Positions 47,029-56,880 of a stretch of DNA of 64,000 bases are shown one piece after another; the stretch's first letter is position 1, and each line of letters starts with the position of its first letter. Both the position numbers and the translations under genes were made by a program. The notes below the pieces were generated by a model that saw only the letters and a list, made by a program, of their open reading frames with translations, had not been told where the DNA came from and ran no database searches. Source of the stretch: an uncultured virus (IMG/VR IMGVR_UViG_3300042016_000026) (taxonomy: Duplodnaviria > Heunggongvirae > Uroviricota > Caudoviricetes > Schitoviridae). The stretch lies in IMG/VR virus record IMGVR_UViG_3300042016_000026; one strand, written 5' to 3'.

Positions 47029-47533
47029 TGGACGTCCTTGTTGGTTAAAAAATGGTCAATCGAAACGGACCCATATATAGAAGAGGGGGATCACCTCCCC
47101 GATTTGCCTCAGCAATCGCAAAGGCTCCCGGAGGGAGCAACGTCACCTCACCCCCACCAACCACCCGGGCACGACACACCGAGACGGTGCAGTGCCGCTA
47201 GGGCCGCGCAGCGGACCCGACGCGAGCACGGAGTCCGTCGATGGTGGGGAGTGACCAGAAATTGAACAAAAAACATACAAACAAAGAAAAACCCCCAGAG
47301 AAATGGAGGTTTTTGGTCTTGAGCACTTTTTAACCAATAAAAGGTGATGGATTCTGCTGCTGACCGGACGCGATAGTAGTTTGGGGAATAGACGTACGTC
47401 AAGTGTCGCAAACCCCTGTCGTCTTACCTATCCCGGCGCGGTGTCGCTGCGCGAACCGCTTGGGTAGGACGACGACTGGTGTTTGCTAGGGAAAAGGGGT
47501 GTAGAATCCGCTGACTTATGTTAAGGGGGCTTT

Positions 47534-48814
47534 ATGAGCGAAGTTTGTTCCATCACCGCATCCGGTGACTATGTTTGTGGTACCGGGGGTTGGGGTGGCC
47601 CAAAGCCCGGAGATCCGAACACATCTGACCTATTGCTGCATGCAGTGCCTGCATTTGGCGGTATTGACCTGACTTGGACATGGCCTGACACCTTTCCTGA
47701 AGCTGTAGCCTACACCACGATCTATCGTGGTCTTTCGGCTGACTTCAACGGTGCAGCGGTGCATGTTGCAGCAGCATCCGGCAATTTCTTCTACGACCGT
47801 ATCGAATACGGTGTTGTGACCCAGTTCTACTACTGGATCATCGTTCACTCCGTTTATGGCACACCTTCGCGATTAATTGGTCCGGCCTGGGCAACTGCCA
47901 AACCTCGCATCGAAGAGATGATCGAAGAGCTGACCGGTAAGATTGATGCAGGTGTTCTGGCAACTTCGCTGAAAAGCGAGATCGCCCGTATCGAATTGAA
48001 CCACCTGAACATCACCCAGGAGCAATTGGATCGCCAAGGCGAAGATGATGCGCTTGCTGCACAAATCACTGTGGTTGGTGCGTATTCCGATGAAACTCGC
48101 GCACTTCTGCAAACTGAAGTGCTTGCGCGTACGTCTTCGAACGAAGCATTCGTTTCGACGGTGAACACGCTGTGGGCTGAAGTGAACGGCAACATTGCCG
48201 CGGTACAGACTCAAATCACTGCCGTTGTAGACGATCAACAAGCTCTTGCACAGCAACTCACCACTTTGGAAACCCAGTTCGGCGAAGACTTGGCTCAAGT
48301 CTCACAAACGCTGGAAACTCAGATTGACGTAGTGGATGGCAAGGTTGTGGCCATCGGTGCCTTGTACACGGCAAAGGTCAACGTCAATGGTTTAATTGGT
48401 GGCTTCGGTATCTATAACGATGGTACCGAGGTGGAAGCCGGCTTTGACGTGGATCGCTTCTGGATCGGCCGCACTGGCGCCAACAAGCGCAAGCCTTTCA
48501 TTGTTCAGAACGATGTGGTGTACATCGACGATGCTGCGATCAACAAGCTGACCTTCAGCAAGCTGCGCGATGAATCAGGCAGCTTCGTTGTAGCCAATGG
48601 CAAGGTGAAGGCTCAATACATTGAAGTGGACACTTTGGTGGTTCGTGCGGCGCAATCGAACAACTATGTGAATGCCTCCACCGGTTGGTCTTTGGCTGCC
48701 AACGGTGACTTCCAAATCAACGGTCGTGGTGGTGCTGGGCGCTTGCTGATTCAAAGCAGCGGCGTTTACGGGTATCACTCCAACGGTGTCATGGCCTTTG
48801 CGTTGAGTATCTAA
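47534..48814 (+). CDS. Tail-tip/fiber protein with coiled coil and DUF1983 (lambda J C-terminal)-like region
   Basis: FN3-like N-terminus, heptad region, YTAKVNVNGLIGGFGI...DRFWI...PFIVQNDVVYIDDA. Confidence 0.75.
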   Translation: MSEVCSITASGDYVCGTGGWGGPKPGDPNTSDLLLHAVPAFGGIDLTWTWPDTFPEAVAYTTIYRGLSADFNGAAVHVAAASGNFFYDRIEYGVVTQFYYWIIVHSVYGTPSRLIGPAWATAKPRIEEMIEELTGKIDAGVLATSLKSEIARIELNHLNITQEQLDRQGEDDALAAQITVVGAYSDETRALLQTEVLARTSSNEAFVSTVNTLWAEVNGNIAAVQTQITAVVDDQQALAQQLTTLETQFGEDLAQVSQTLETQIDVVDGKVVAIGALYTAKVNVNGLIGGFGIYNDGTEVEAGFDVDRFWIGRTGANKRKPFIVQNDVVYIDDAAINKLTFSKLRDESGSFVVANGKVKAQYIEVDTLVVRAAQSNNYVNASTGWSLAANGDFQINGRGGAGRLLIQSSGVYGYHSNGVMAFALSI

Positions 48815-48815
48815 T

Positions 48816-49118
48816 ATGGCTGGTTTACAGACGTGGGATAGCGCCGGGCGCCTGACTGTTGATATGACCATGCATATCAGCCAGATGCAGGGGTATGTGG
48901 ATACCGGGGGTGGCAATGGGGCTATCGGCATCCCGGGACCGCCCGGGGGCAAGACTCAGTTCTTTATTGTGGTGCCCTTGCAGGACATGCAGAACGAGAA
49001 AGGTAAACGCCCCGGGGTGACCCTTTCCGGTGGTGTGCTGTCATGGGCCTACTCCTACGCTACCAATGGCTGGGGCTACTTTTCGGCGAACTGCCGCATT
49101 TTCTACGGGTATTACTGA
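48816..49118 (+). CDS. Small tail-associated protein
   Basis: MAGLQTWDSAG...IFYGYY, typical of genes that follow J-like proteins. Confidence 0.65.
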   Translation: MAGLQTWDSAGRLTVDMTMHISQMQGYVDTGGGNGAIGIPGPPGGKTQFFIVVPLQDMQNEKGKRPGVTLSGGVLSWAYSYATNGWGYFSANCRIFYGYY

Positions 49119-50011
49119 TGTCCAATCTGCTGGTTTACAAAGACACCGGGGAGCTGCTGTTTGACACCAACTTGATCAGCTATGGCTTGATCAAGTCCGG
49201 GTACATGGTTTATCTCGAATCATGGATACGTCGTGAGTACCTGAACAACAACCAAGACCCCAATAACGGGGCTAACTGGTCGCCAGTGCAAGTTCACTAT
49301 GATCCGACCCACACTGACACGTTGCACGGGTTTACCGTGTGGGGCTGGATCTCGCCGATCTGTTTCATCACGGGGCCAGGGTGCTTGAACGGTACCCGCA
49401 TAAATGGGGATGGTTCCATGACGTTCCTGTATTCCAATGCCGGTACCTCCACCAAGTTCTTCTGCTTCGACCTGATGGCCGACAACTTAGGGGGTTCGAC
49501 CTTCCTGAAGACGTGGGATACCACTGGGCGTATCACATTCAACTCGTTGCAGCCTCCGTTGAACGTCGTGGCTGCCTACCAAGCGCCGGGGCCGGGGAGT
49601 GTTGATCAGTTTGGGCGTTACAAGGAAACCTATGCGGGTGGCTACACACAAAGTGAGCCGGAGTTGGGTCCAGCGTCTCCTTGGCGACGTAAGCGAGCAA
49701 CTTCGCGTGTCGATATCGGATTGAGTGCAGTTGAGTACGCTGTTTACCTGCCGTGGAGCCGGTCGGTCATATTCAACGACTTCAACGACTTCAACGGGTT
49801 TTTCAACGCATCGCAGTACGGCGGGCAAGAAGGCGCTTATGGTCGGTACGGAGGTATCTCTTTTCTGTTTGGTGCCTCTGCTGGTACCACCAGCGGCGGT
49901 CTTAACACGTCTGGCTATAGTGCTGGCATTTCCTTCAGCAATCTACCAACTGACCGTTATCCGGTAGCTTTGATTATTCATACGGCTGGTTTGATCTTTC
50001 CGTACAACTGA
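49118..50011 (+). CDS. Tail-associated / receptor-binding protein
   Basis: LLVYKDTGELLFD and LKTWDTTGRITFNS internal repeat; TGATG coupling. Confidence 0.65.
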   Translation: MSNLLVYKDTGELLFDTNLISYGLIKSGYMVYLESWIRREYLNNNQDPNNGANWSPVQVHYDPTHTDTLHGFTVWGWISPICFITGPGCLNGTRINGDGSMTFLYSNAGTSTKFFCFDLMADNLGGSTFLKTWDTTGRITFNSLQPPLNVVAAYQAPGPGSVDQFGRYKETYAGGYTQSEPELGPASPWRRKRATSRVDIGLSAVEYAVYLPWSRSVIFNDFNDFNGFFNASQYGGQEGAYGRYGGISFLFGASAGTTSGGLNTSGYSAGISFSNLPTDRYPVALIIHTAGLIFPYN

Positions 50012-50058
50012 TGCCCTGTTTGCGGACGTAATCCGCCATTAGTGATAAAGTTCGCCCT

Positions 50059-50083
50059 ACCGCCCACACTCGGGCGGTTTTTT
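50059..50083 (+). terminator. Intrinsic terminator
   Basis: ACCGCCC-ACACTC-GGGCGGT-TTTTT. Confidence 0.75.
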
Positions 50084-50097
50084 ATAGGAGACAGCCA

Positions 50098-51042
50098 ATG
50101 ACTGCTGTTTTGTTCAAATTTTCGCATCCTGACGGGACTCCGGTAGTTGATGCGCCGTTTCTCGTTACAACGCGGAAACCGAGCTTCGATGAGACGCTCA
50201 ACAACGGTATTCAGGTGTCGGGTGATGTTAACGGCACCACTGACGCTCAAGGCGAGGCAACCCTCGAATTGATGGCAGGATTCGCCACGTATTACCTGAT
50301 TATGAACAATCCCGGCGCGGTACTGGGTGATGATGGTTGCTCTGCTGGTTTGCGCTATCGCTTCATGGTCACCGAGTCTTCTGACGTGTTGCGCGTAGAG
50401 GATTTGATTGTCACGACGCCAACATGGTCGCGGCACTGGGATGAGACTGCTTTACAGATCATCATTGATGCCAAGGTCACCGCAACCGCTGCCGCTGACG
50501 CCGCAGCAGCCTCGGCGGCTTATGTGGCGGAACAGGTCGGCATTCTCGACGGTATCGAAGATCGTGTGACGATCTTGATGAACCGCGCAGAGACTGGTGC
50601 GGATGAAGCTGAAGCGGCTGAAGTCAACGCGGAAGCTGCACGGGATTCGTCTGAAGCCTTCGCCGTGGATGCTCTGGCGTCCGTGGGCCTGACTCAGATC
50701 GACTCTATGGAGGCCAAGGCGGCCGCACTGGAGGCACAAGCGGCCGTTGCAGCGCCTATGGCCGCACATAACCTGCCGTCATGGGCGCTGGTGCAGAACT
50801 TCCGTCTGGTATCCGACGTAGTCCGTGATGAGAACGATACCTTGCTCTCGGCCGTTATCGAATGGCCTGACGACGTAGCCGGCACTTTTACGGCTGACAT
50901 TGTTAACTCTGAATTCCCCGGTGCGATAGATGCATGGCATGCCACTTATGCTGGCCCTCCGTCCAAGCTGATCACACAGACTGCGTATGTACGTAATGCC
51001 AATGGCGCGATTATGTCTATGCCCAAAATCACCATCGTTTAA
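50098..51042 (+). CDS. Tail fiber / adaptor protein
   Basis: N-terminal beta domain (TTDAQGEATLEL), Ala-rich coil, C-terminal beta domain. Confidence 0.7.
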   Translation: MTAVLFKFSHPDGTPVVDAPFLVTTRKPSFDETLNNGIQVSGDVNGTTDAQGEATLELMAGFATYYLIMNNPGAVLGDDGCSAGLRYRFMVTESSDVLRVEDLIVTTPTWSRHWDETALQIIIDAKVTATAAADAAAASAAYVAEQVGILDGIEDRVTILMNRAETGADEAEAAEVNAEAARDSSEAFAVDALASVGLTQIDSMEAKAAALEAQAAVAAPMAAHNLPSWALVQNFRLVSDVVRDENDTLLSAVIEWPDDVAGTFTADIVNSEFPGAIDAWHATYAGPPSKLITQTAYVRNANGAIMSMPKITIV

Positions 51043-51053
51043 GGAAGATCACC

Positions 51054-52514
51054 ATGGGAATTTTAGATGTACCTGGCATTAGCCAGAAGAAAGCTGATGC
51101 GCGCTACGCACGTCCCCAACACGCCTACCCTAAGGAAATGCCGGCTGGGCTTGGCTGGGATCTGCTGAGTTTTCCGATTACAGTGGCACTGATCCAGTCT
51201 TTTGGTATGGGCCCGCAGTACGGAACGATCAATTTCACCCCAGAACAACTGTTCGGCCTGAAGTCCACGGCGTTTTCCAATCCAGCGTTCACTTTCTACG
51301 CAACACCGACTGGCAGTGACACCAACCCGGGTACCGAAGCATCGCCGGTGAAGACCGGAGGCAAGCTGATCACTTTGGCTAACGCCACTGGATTGCCGTG
51401 CAAACTCGTCATGGATGGCGGTTCTAGCCCAAGTTCGGCCTACCCACGGACCAGTAACCTCCGTAGTGCTGGTGTAGCCCCGACGGTTGATGTCGCTATC
51501 GTTGCTCGCGGCGGTCGTGTGTCGTTGGGCACCTACGATAACTTCTCCGCCCCTGCACTCGATGGGACGTACACCAACTGCTACAACATCCCAAGCAGCG
51601 GGACATGTGACCGCGTGGTTGACCGCTGGCAATTGGATCGTTATGGCGATTTCGTGGCGCTGAAGAACGTGGCCACGGCAGCCATCTGTAACGTGACTCC
51701 AGGCAGTTGGACTGTCTCCGGTTCAGTTCTTTACGTCAATCGTGCAGATGGTTTGGCTGTAACCAATGCCAACACCCGGGCTTATCGGGGTTCGGCCGCC
51801 AACTTCATCATGACCACACAGGTTAACGTCGGTTTCTTTGCAGAAGATGGCAACTCTGGTTTCGATATTGAAGGTTCGAACGCCAATGGTGTCATCGACT
51901 TCCTAATCACCGCTCCGGGTGCTACCGGGTGCAGTGTCTTCTCCCATTGTCGTTTCCTTCAAGCGGGGGGTCTGATTAATACCGCTGCGCGGGCCATCTC
52001 CATTAATAGCTTCAATGGTTTGGTCGCCTTCTTTAATTGCTCCGGCAGTGGCGCGCAGACTGACATTTACAACTTTCACAACAACTACGGCGCAGCCAAG
52101 GCCGCGTGCCTGTTGGTGAACTGCACAAGCCCAGGTACTGGAAAGAATGGAAACCAGTCATGCAACGCCTTCACCATGCACGAAGATTGCATCGGCATTG
52201 CTGTTGCTGGGTATCTTCGCGAAGGTCACGGGGGGACTATGCGACACATCAACACTTCGCGGTGCTGGGTTGTTGGTACGGACATTGGCAATGATTTGGG
52301 GGATGCAGTTTTAGGGGGTGGTGGGAGTTTCCAACCGGCCGCAGTAGTTGCAAACGATACGGCTATTATCTGGGCCGACTCTGTCACCATTGACATGCCT
52401 GGAGGCACACGGGCATGGGTTACTAGCGTGGCTGCGGGTGCGCAGATACTTCGCCGCGATTGCCGTCCAGTAGCACAGCCGGACGCTGGCGGTGGGACAT
52501 TTGGAAGCTACTGA
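51054..52514 (+). CDS. Tailspike, probable beta-helix depolymerase
   Basis: YATPTGSDTNPGTEASP motif typical of pectate-lyase-like beta-helix starts; N/G/C-rich repeats. Confidence 0.65.
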   Translation: MGILDVPGISQKKADARYARPQHAYPKEMPAGLGWDLLSFPITVALIQSFGMGPQYGTINFTPEQLFGLKSTAFSNPAFTFYATPTGSDTNPGTEASPVKTGGKLITLANATGLPCKLVMDGGSSPSSAYPRTSNLRSAGVAPTVDVAIVARGGRVSLGTYDNFSAPALDGTYTNCYNIPSSGTCDRVVDRWQLDRYGDFVALKNVATAAICNVTPGSWTVSGSVLYVNRADGLAVTNANTRAYRGSAANFIMTTQVNVGFFAEDGNSGFDIEGSNANGVIDFLITAPGATGCSVFSHCRFLQAGGLINTAARAISINSFNGLVAFFNCSGSGAQTDIYNFHNNYGAAKAACLLVNCTSPGTGKNGNQSCNAFTMHEDCIGIAVAGYLREGHGGTMRHINTSRCWVVGTDIGNDLGDAVLGGGGSFQPAAVVANDTAIIWADSVTIDMPGGTRAWVTSVAAGAQILRRDCRPVAQPDAGGGTFGSY

Positions 52515-52564
52515 TAACAATGGTGCTACAGTAGCGCACGCTTAACAGACCCGGGGAGGGTTAT

Positions 52565-54520
52565 ATGTCATACGAACAATTGGCTGCAGCCGTCGATAAC
52601 TTAGCGGCAGTGAATTTGGATTTGGCCGCCGAAGTCCGCAATACGCAATCCACGTTCGAAGCTTCGGAACTGGCTGCGGTAAATGCGGCATCGACGGCTG
52701 TTGCTGCCAAAGATGTGACTGTGGCGGCTAAAGATGTCGCTGTCGCTGCATCGAACAACGCCACGGCCAAAGAAGCCCTGGCAACGGCGGCTGCCACTTC
52801 TGCTGATCAAAGTGAAGCCAATGCGGCTGCTTCGGCTGCTGCTGCCTCAGATTCGGAAGCGACTGCGATTGCTAACGCCGATATCTCCACCACCAGCAAG
52901 GATCAGGCCGTAGCCGCTAAAGTGGCTGCCGAACTGGCCCGTGATGTGGCACAAGACGCGGCTGCTTCGTTGGTGGGTGTCATTACCGACCGCGGACCGA
53001 TCGATCTATCTGGTGGCGTGTATCCACCTGCCCAAACCACTTCCAGCATGTGGAAGGTGACTGTGGGTGGTACGGTCGACGGCATTCAGTACGGTGTCGG
53101 TGACACCCTGATGTTTACCCTGGCCAACGATTCGTTCTACAAGATCGACAACACTGAACAGGTCAGTTCGGTCGCCGGCAAGACTGGTGCGGTATTGTTG
53201 GATAAGGTGGATGTCGGGCTGGATTCGGTGGATAACACCCCGGATGTGTCCAAACCCGTCAGTTCCCCGCAGCAAACTGCGTTGAACGCGAAAATCGATA
53301 AAACCAGCATCGTTGATGACCTGACCAGCACCGACGCCACCAAAGTGCTGTCGGCCAAGCAGGGCAAGTCGCTTTACGACCTGATCCAAGCCAACAACGT
53401 GACTCTGGTGGTTTACGAGTTCCTGGCTACGGCTGGGCAGACTGTTTTCTCGGGTGTTGACGCCAATGGCCTGACACTGTTGTACACCGCAGGTACTGGC
53501 ACTATTGTGCTGCGCAACGGTGTGCAACTGGAAAAGACCGTGGACTACACGGCTACCGATGGCAGCTCAGTGACCTTTGTTACTGCGAACGATCTGAATG
53601 ACCTGATCCAAGTCATGGCGTTCGGTACGTTCTCGGTGGCCAACCACTACACCAAAGCTGAAGACGATGCGCTGCTGGCAACGAAAGCTGACAAGTCCAC
53701 CACTTACACCAAAACCGAGGATGATGCAGCACTTCTGCTGAAAGTTGATAAAACAGCAGTGATCGACGTGGCTCACGGTGGTACCGGTAAAACGGCAGAG
53801 TTCCGTAAAGGTTACATTGATGGTTTGCGCCTGATCTCTGTGGGTGATAATGCGATCACTGTTACTGCAGGCTCTGCTTACATCCCAGGGCTTAGCAAAA
53901 TTGTCGAGATGGCAGCTAACAAGGTATTCACCGGATTAGCTACCTTGGCTTCACAGTCTCAACACCACTTCTATCTGTTTGAGTCGGGTGGTGTGGCTGA
54001 TGTCGAAGTATCTCTGACAGCACCTACGAATTACTTTGGCTCTGCCTATAACAAGACGGGAGATACCACACGGCGTTACCTGTTCAGCGTATTGTCTGGA
54101 ACCACGGGGTTCTACCCATTACGTCATAATCTTGTCACAGGCCGGATGAGTTTCCTTACTGGTGCGCCCGGTTCCGCACCGTTTGCAGTCACTATGGGTT
54201 TCGGAGGGACGTCACCTAGTTTGGTTACAACGGTGATCAGCAACTCTGGCGCTGGCTCTATCGCTCCACGCGAAACAACTACGGTGCTGCATACTTCCGT
54301 TTTCATAACAGCAGGCGGGCAAGTAAATGTATCCCCTGCTGACCAGAGTGTGGCACCGGGAGGCTCTAACTGGGGGGAAACCATTAGTTGTGGCAGTACT
54401 GCATTCGCTCCACTCGACGTCCACCCTTCTCGCACTTCCGGAAGTGTTGGTAACTATTACATCTGGATGTCGTCGGGGAACGTTAATATGTATGCCCGTG
54501 GCTACACCTTCGAACGTTAA
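52565..54520 (+). CDS. Tail fiber protein
   Basis: Ala-rich coil, VSSVAGKTGAV, VGLDSVDNTPD..KPVS, LSAKQGK, HGGTG fiber motifs. Confidence 0.88.
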   Translation: MSYEQLAAAVDNLAAVNLDLAAEVRNTQSTFEASELAAVNAASTAVAAKDVTVAAKDVAVAASNNATAKEALATAAATSADQSEANAAASAAAASDSEATAIANADISTTSKDQAVAAKVAAELARDVAQDAAASLVGVITDRGPIDLSGGVYPPAQTTSSMWKVTVGGTVDGIQYGVGDTLMFTLANDSFYKIDNTEQVSSVAGKTGAVLLDKVDVGLDSVDNTPDVSKPVSSPQQTALNAKIDKTSIVDDLTSTDATKVLSAKQGKSLYDLIQANNVTLVVYEFLATAGQTVFSGVDANGLTLLYTAGTGTIVLRNGVQLEKTVDYTATDGSSVTFVTANDLNDLIQVMAFGTFSVANHYTKAEDDALLATKADKSTTYTKTEDDAALLLKVDKTAVIDVAHGGTGKTAEFRKGYIDGLRLISVGDNAITVTAGSAYIPGLSKIVEMAANKVFTGLATLASQSQHHFYLFESGGVADVEVSLTAPTNYFGSAYNKTGDTTRRYLFSVLSGTTGFYPLRHNLVTGRMSFLTGAPGSAPFAVTMGFGGTSPSLVTTVISNSGAGSIAPRETTTVLHTSVFITAGGQVNVSPADQSVAPGGSNWGETISCGSTAFAPLDVHPSRTSGSVGNYYIWMSSGNVNMYARGYTFER

Positions 54521-54560
54521 TTAAATAATCGCCCTGCAAAGGGCGGTTTGGGGACTGTAA

Positions 54561-55346
54561 ATGACATCTAAAGCACAACGACTGTCGGGATTGGCCAAAG
54601 AGCTTGATGCTCTGGCTGCTGCTTCCAGCAGCACACTGATTGTTTATGAATACACCGCGACTGCCGGCCAGACTGTGTTCAGCGGCGCGGACAACAATGG
54701 CCTGACCTTGAACTACATCGCGGGCAACACCCTGGTCGTTTATAACGAAGGTGTGTTGCAGAAGACCGTGGACTACGCCACTACCAGTTCCAGTGTCCTG
54801 ACGCTGACTTCGGGGGCTGAAGTGGGGGCTTTGGTGCGCATGTATGCCTTCGGTACTTTTGCCGTGGCCAACGTGTACACCAAACCGGAAAGCGACACGA
54901 TCATCACCAACTTGGCTTTGAAGTCTGCGTCTAAAGCCGACATCATTGGTACAGTAAGCCAATCTGGGGGTGTGCCAACAGGTGCCGTTATCGAATACAC
55001 AACTGATGGGGCAGGGAGTACCTGCACACGTTTTGCCGACGGTACACAAGTATGCACTTATCGCTTTCGGTCACCATCCATATATGCACTAGATGTTGCG
55101 GTGGGGCCTATGTGGCGCACACGGGATACAGCCATTCTAGTGAGTGGCGTTAACTACCTAAAGGCGTTTGTTGGCGAGCTACCCAAACTGAGCTACACGG
55201 TACGCATGGATAGCTGGTACGGGTTTCCAGGCCTAATTGCTGGTACACGCACACTAACAGCATGGGTACCGTCGCATGTTGTTAGTCTTGCGTCAGTTTC
55301 AACCACTGTTGAAATTGACTGTATCGCTTGGGGCCGTTGGTTCTAA
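54561..55346 (+). CDS. Secondary tail fiber protein
   Basis: Shares the ATAGQTVFSG module with 52565 and the GxVxQSxGxPTGA...ADGT..C...GRWF module with 55390. Confidence 0.8.
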   Translation: MTSKAQRLSGLAKELDALAAASSSTLIVYEYTATAGQTVFSGADNNGLTLNYIAGNTLVVYNEGVLQKTVDYATTSSSVLTLTSGAEVGALVRMYAFGTFAVANVYTKPESDTIITNLALKSASKADIIGTVSQSGGVPTGAVIEYTTDGAGSTCTRFADGTQVCTYRFRSPSIYALDVAVGPMWRTRDTAILVSGVNYLKAFVGELPKLSYTVRMDSWYGFPGLIAGTRTLTAWVPSHVVSLASVSTTVEIDCIAWGRWF

Positions 55347-55389
55347 TCCGTAATTACTGCCCCGCAAGGGGCAAACCAAGGAGTAACAC

Positions 55390-55845
55390 ATGTCTAAAGC
55401 ACGATTGAAGTCAAAGAATATCTTGGGGATTGCTGAAGGTGGTACTGGTGCAACTTCCATGGGGGCAGGGGCTGTTGGTGCTGTAACTCAATCTGCCGGT
55501 ATTCCGACCGGGGCGATCATCGAGTCAGGTTCTAATGCCAACGGCACTTACGTTAAATACGCTGATGGCACGATGATCTGCTCTCGACAGCAAACAGTTG
55601 GGGGCGTTGGTGTCACTAACGCTGTAGGGTCATTGTTCTACTACACATGGGCTTCGCAGACTTTTGCCGTACCTTTTACTGTCGCCCCTGCGGTGAATAT
55701 CACTGCCTTCGGCCCCGGAGCCTCTATTTGGGCTACTGGCGGCTTAACAACTGCCTCCACTACGGGCGCCTTTCTTATTATGTCTCCTACCTCACAGACG
55801 GGCTCAGTGACTGTCAATACAATTGCCATCGGGCGTTGGTTCTAG
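55390..55845 (+). CDS. Short tail fiber tip protein
   Basis: GAIIESGSNANGTYVKYADGTMIC...AIGRWF, a Pseudomonas-type fiber C-terminus. Confidence 0.8.
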   Translation: MSKARLKSKNILGIAEGGTGATSMGAGAVGAVTQSAGIPTGAIIESGSNANGTYVKYADGTMICSRQQTVGGVGVTNAVGSLFYYTWASQTFAVPFTVAPAVNITAFGPGASIWATGGLTTASTTGAFLIMSPTSQTGSVTVNTIAIGRWF

Positions 55846-55857
55846 GGAATAACACAC

Positions 55858-56358
55858 ATGAGCATCAAACTCGCGCATACCGCACTGAACATCGCTATCG
55901 AGATCCTCGGTGACAAATACGGCAGCAACGAATCCAAATTGGAAGTGTTGGCCATCGGGGGGCAGGAAACTAAATTCACTGCCCGACGTCAAATCATCAA
56001 GAAGGATGGCAAGTTGGTCCCTCTGGGTCCGGCTACCAGTTTCTGGCAATTTGAGCAGGGCGGTGGTGTAAAAGGTGTGCTCACGCACGCCAGCTCCGCT
56101 ACCCTGGCCAAACGTCTCTGTGCGGTACGTGACGTAGCACCAACGTCGGCCGCTGTCTGGGCTGCGATGGAACACGATGATGTTCTGGGCGCTGGTTTCG
56201 CACGACTGCTGTTGCTGACTGATATGGGCAAATTACCTAAGATCGGTGATGCTGAAGCAGGCTGGGCGACCTATATCAAGAACTGGCGCCCGGGTAAACC
56301 GCACAAAGACACATGGGCTACCGCATACGCGAATGCCCGTACAGAATTGGGGGTCTAA
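55858..56358 (+). CDS. Putative endolysin (lysozyme-like fold)
   Basis: AIGGQET...GPATSFWQFE...FARLLL...WRPGKPH; directly upstream of spanins. Confidence 0.7.
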   Translation: MSIKLAHTALNIAIEILGDKYGSNESKLEVLAIGGQETKFTARRQIIKKDGKLVPLGPATSFWQFEQGGGVKGVLTHASSATLAKRLCAVRDVAPTSAAVWAAMEHDDVLGAGFARLLLLTDMGKLPKIGDAEAGWATYIKNWRPGKPHKDTWATAYANARTELGV

Positions 56359-56865
56359 ATGATCAAAGCCTTCCTCGGCGCGCACTGGATTGCTATAGTG
56401 CTCGTCGTCGGGGCTTTGGGCGTAGGTTTCGCTCAAGGCGTCGACTATAACGACAAGGGCTGGCTAGCCCGTTGGGAATCACGCAATGCGGATGAAGCGA
56501 CGGCCAAGGCAGCATTCGAAACTAAGCAACGTGAAACAGAACGGGGATTACGCGATGACCTCGCAAATCAACTGGAAATCAACGATAAACAACGGGCTGA
56601 AAGCCAGCGCGTTAAATCTGACGCTGATGCTGCTCTTAACGGCTTGCACGGGGAAATCTCTTCCCTCCAGCTACGTTTACAGCGAACCAGTAATGCTTCC
56701 GGCAATTCCAGCACAGTTTCGTCAGTTACCCGCGCCGCAATGGTGCTCACCGACTTGCTTGCAAGCTGTAGCACAGAGCGACAAGAACTCGCGGGATCGT
56801 TTGACGAATCTCGCAACCGAGCCTTAAAAGTCGAGCAGATGTACGATAAAGCACGGGGCCAATAG
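56359..56865 (+). CDS. i-spanin (Rz-like)
   Basis: N-terminal TM segment and coiled coil. Confidence 0.82.
   Translation: MIKAFLGAHWIAIVLVVGALGVGFAQGVDYNDKGWLARWESRNADEATAKAAFETKQRETERGLRDDLANQLEINDKQRAESQRVKSDADAALNGLHGEISSLQLRLQRTSNASGNSSTVSSVTRAAMVLTDLLASCSTERQELAGSFDESRNRALKVEQMYDKARGQ
56555..56827 (+). CDS. o-spanin (Rz1-like), embedded in the +1 frame
   Basis: Lipobox LLLTAC, Pro-rich mature part, nested in the i-spanin gene. Confidence 0.8.
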   Translation: MTSQINWKSTINNGLKASALNLTLMLLLTACTGKSLPSSYVYSEPVMLPAIPAQFRQLPAPQWCSPTCLQAVAQSDKNSRDRLTNLATEP

Positions 56866-56880
56866 GCCCCGCTTCTTTTT
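56854..56880. terminator. Terminator between convergent genes
   Basis: CGGGGCC-AATA-GGCCCCG-CTTCTTTTT. Confidence 0.7.
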
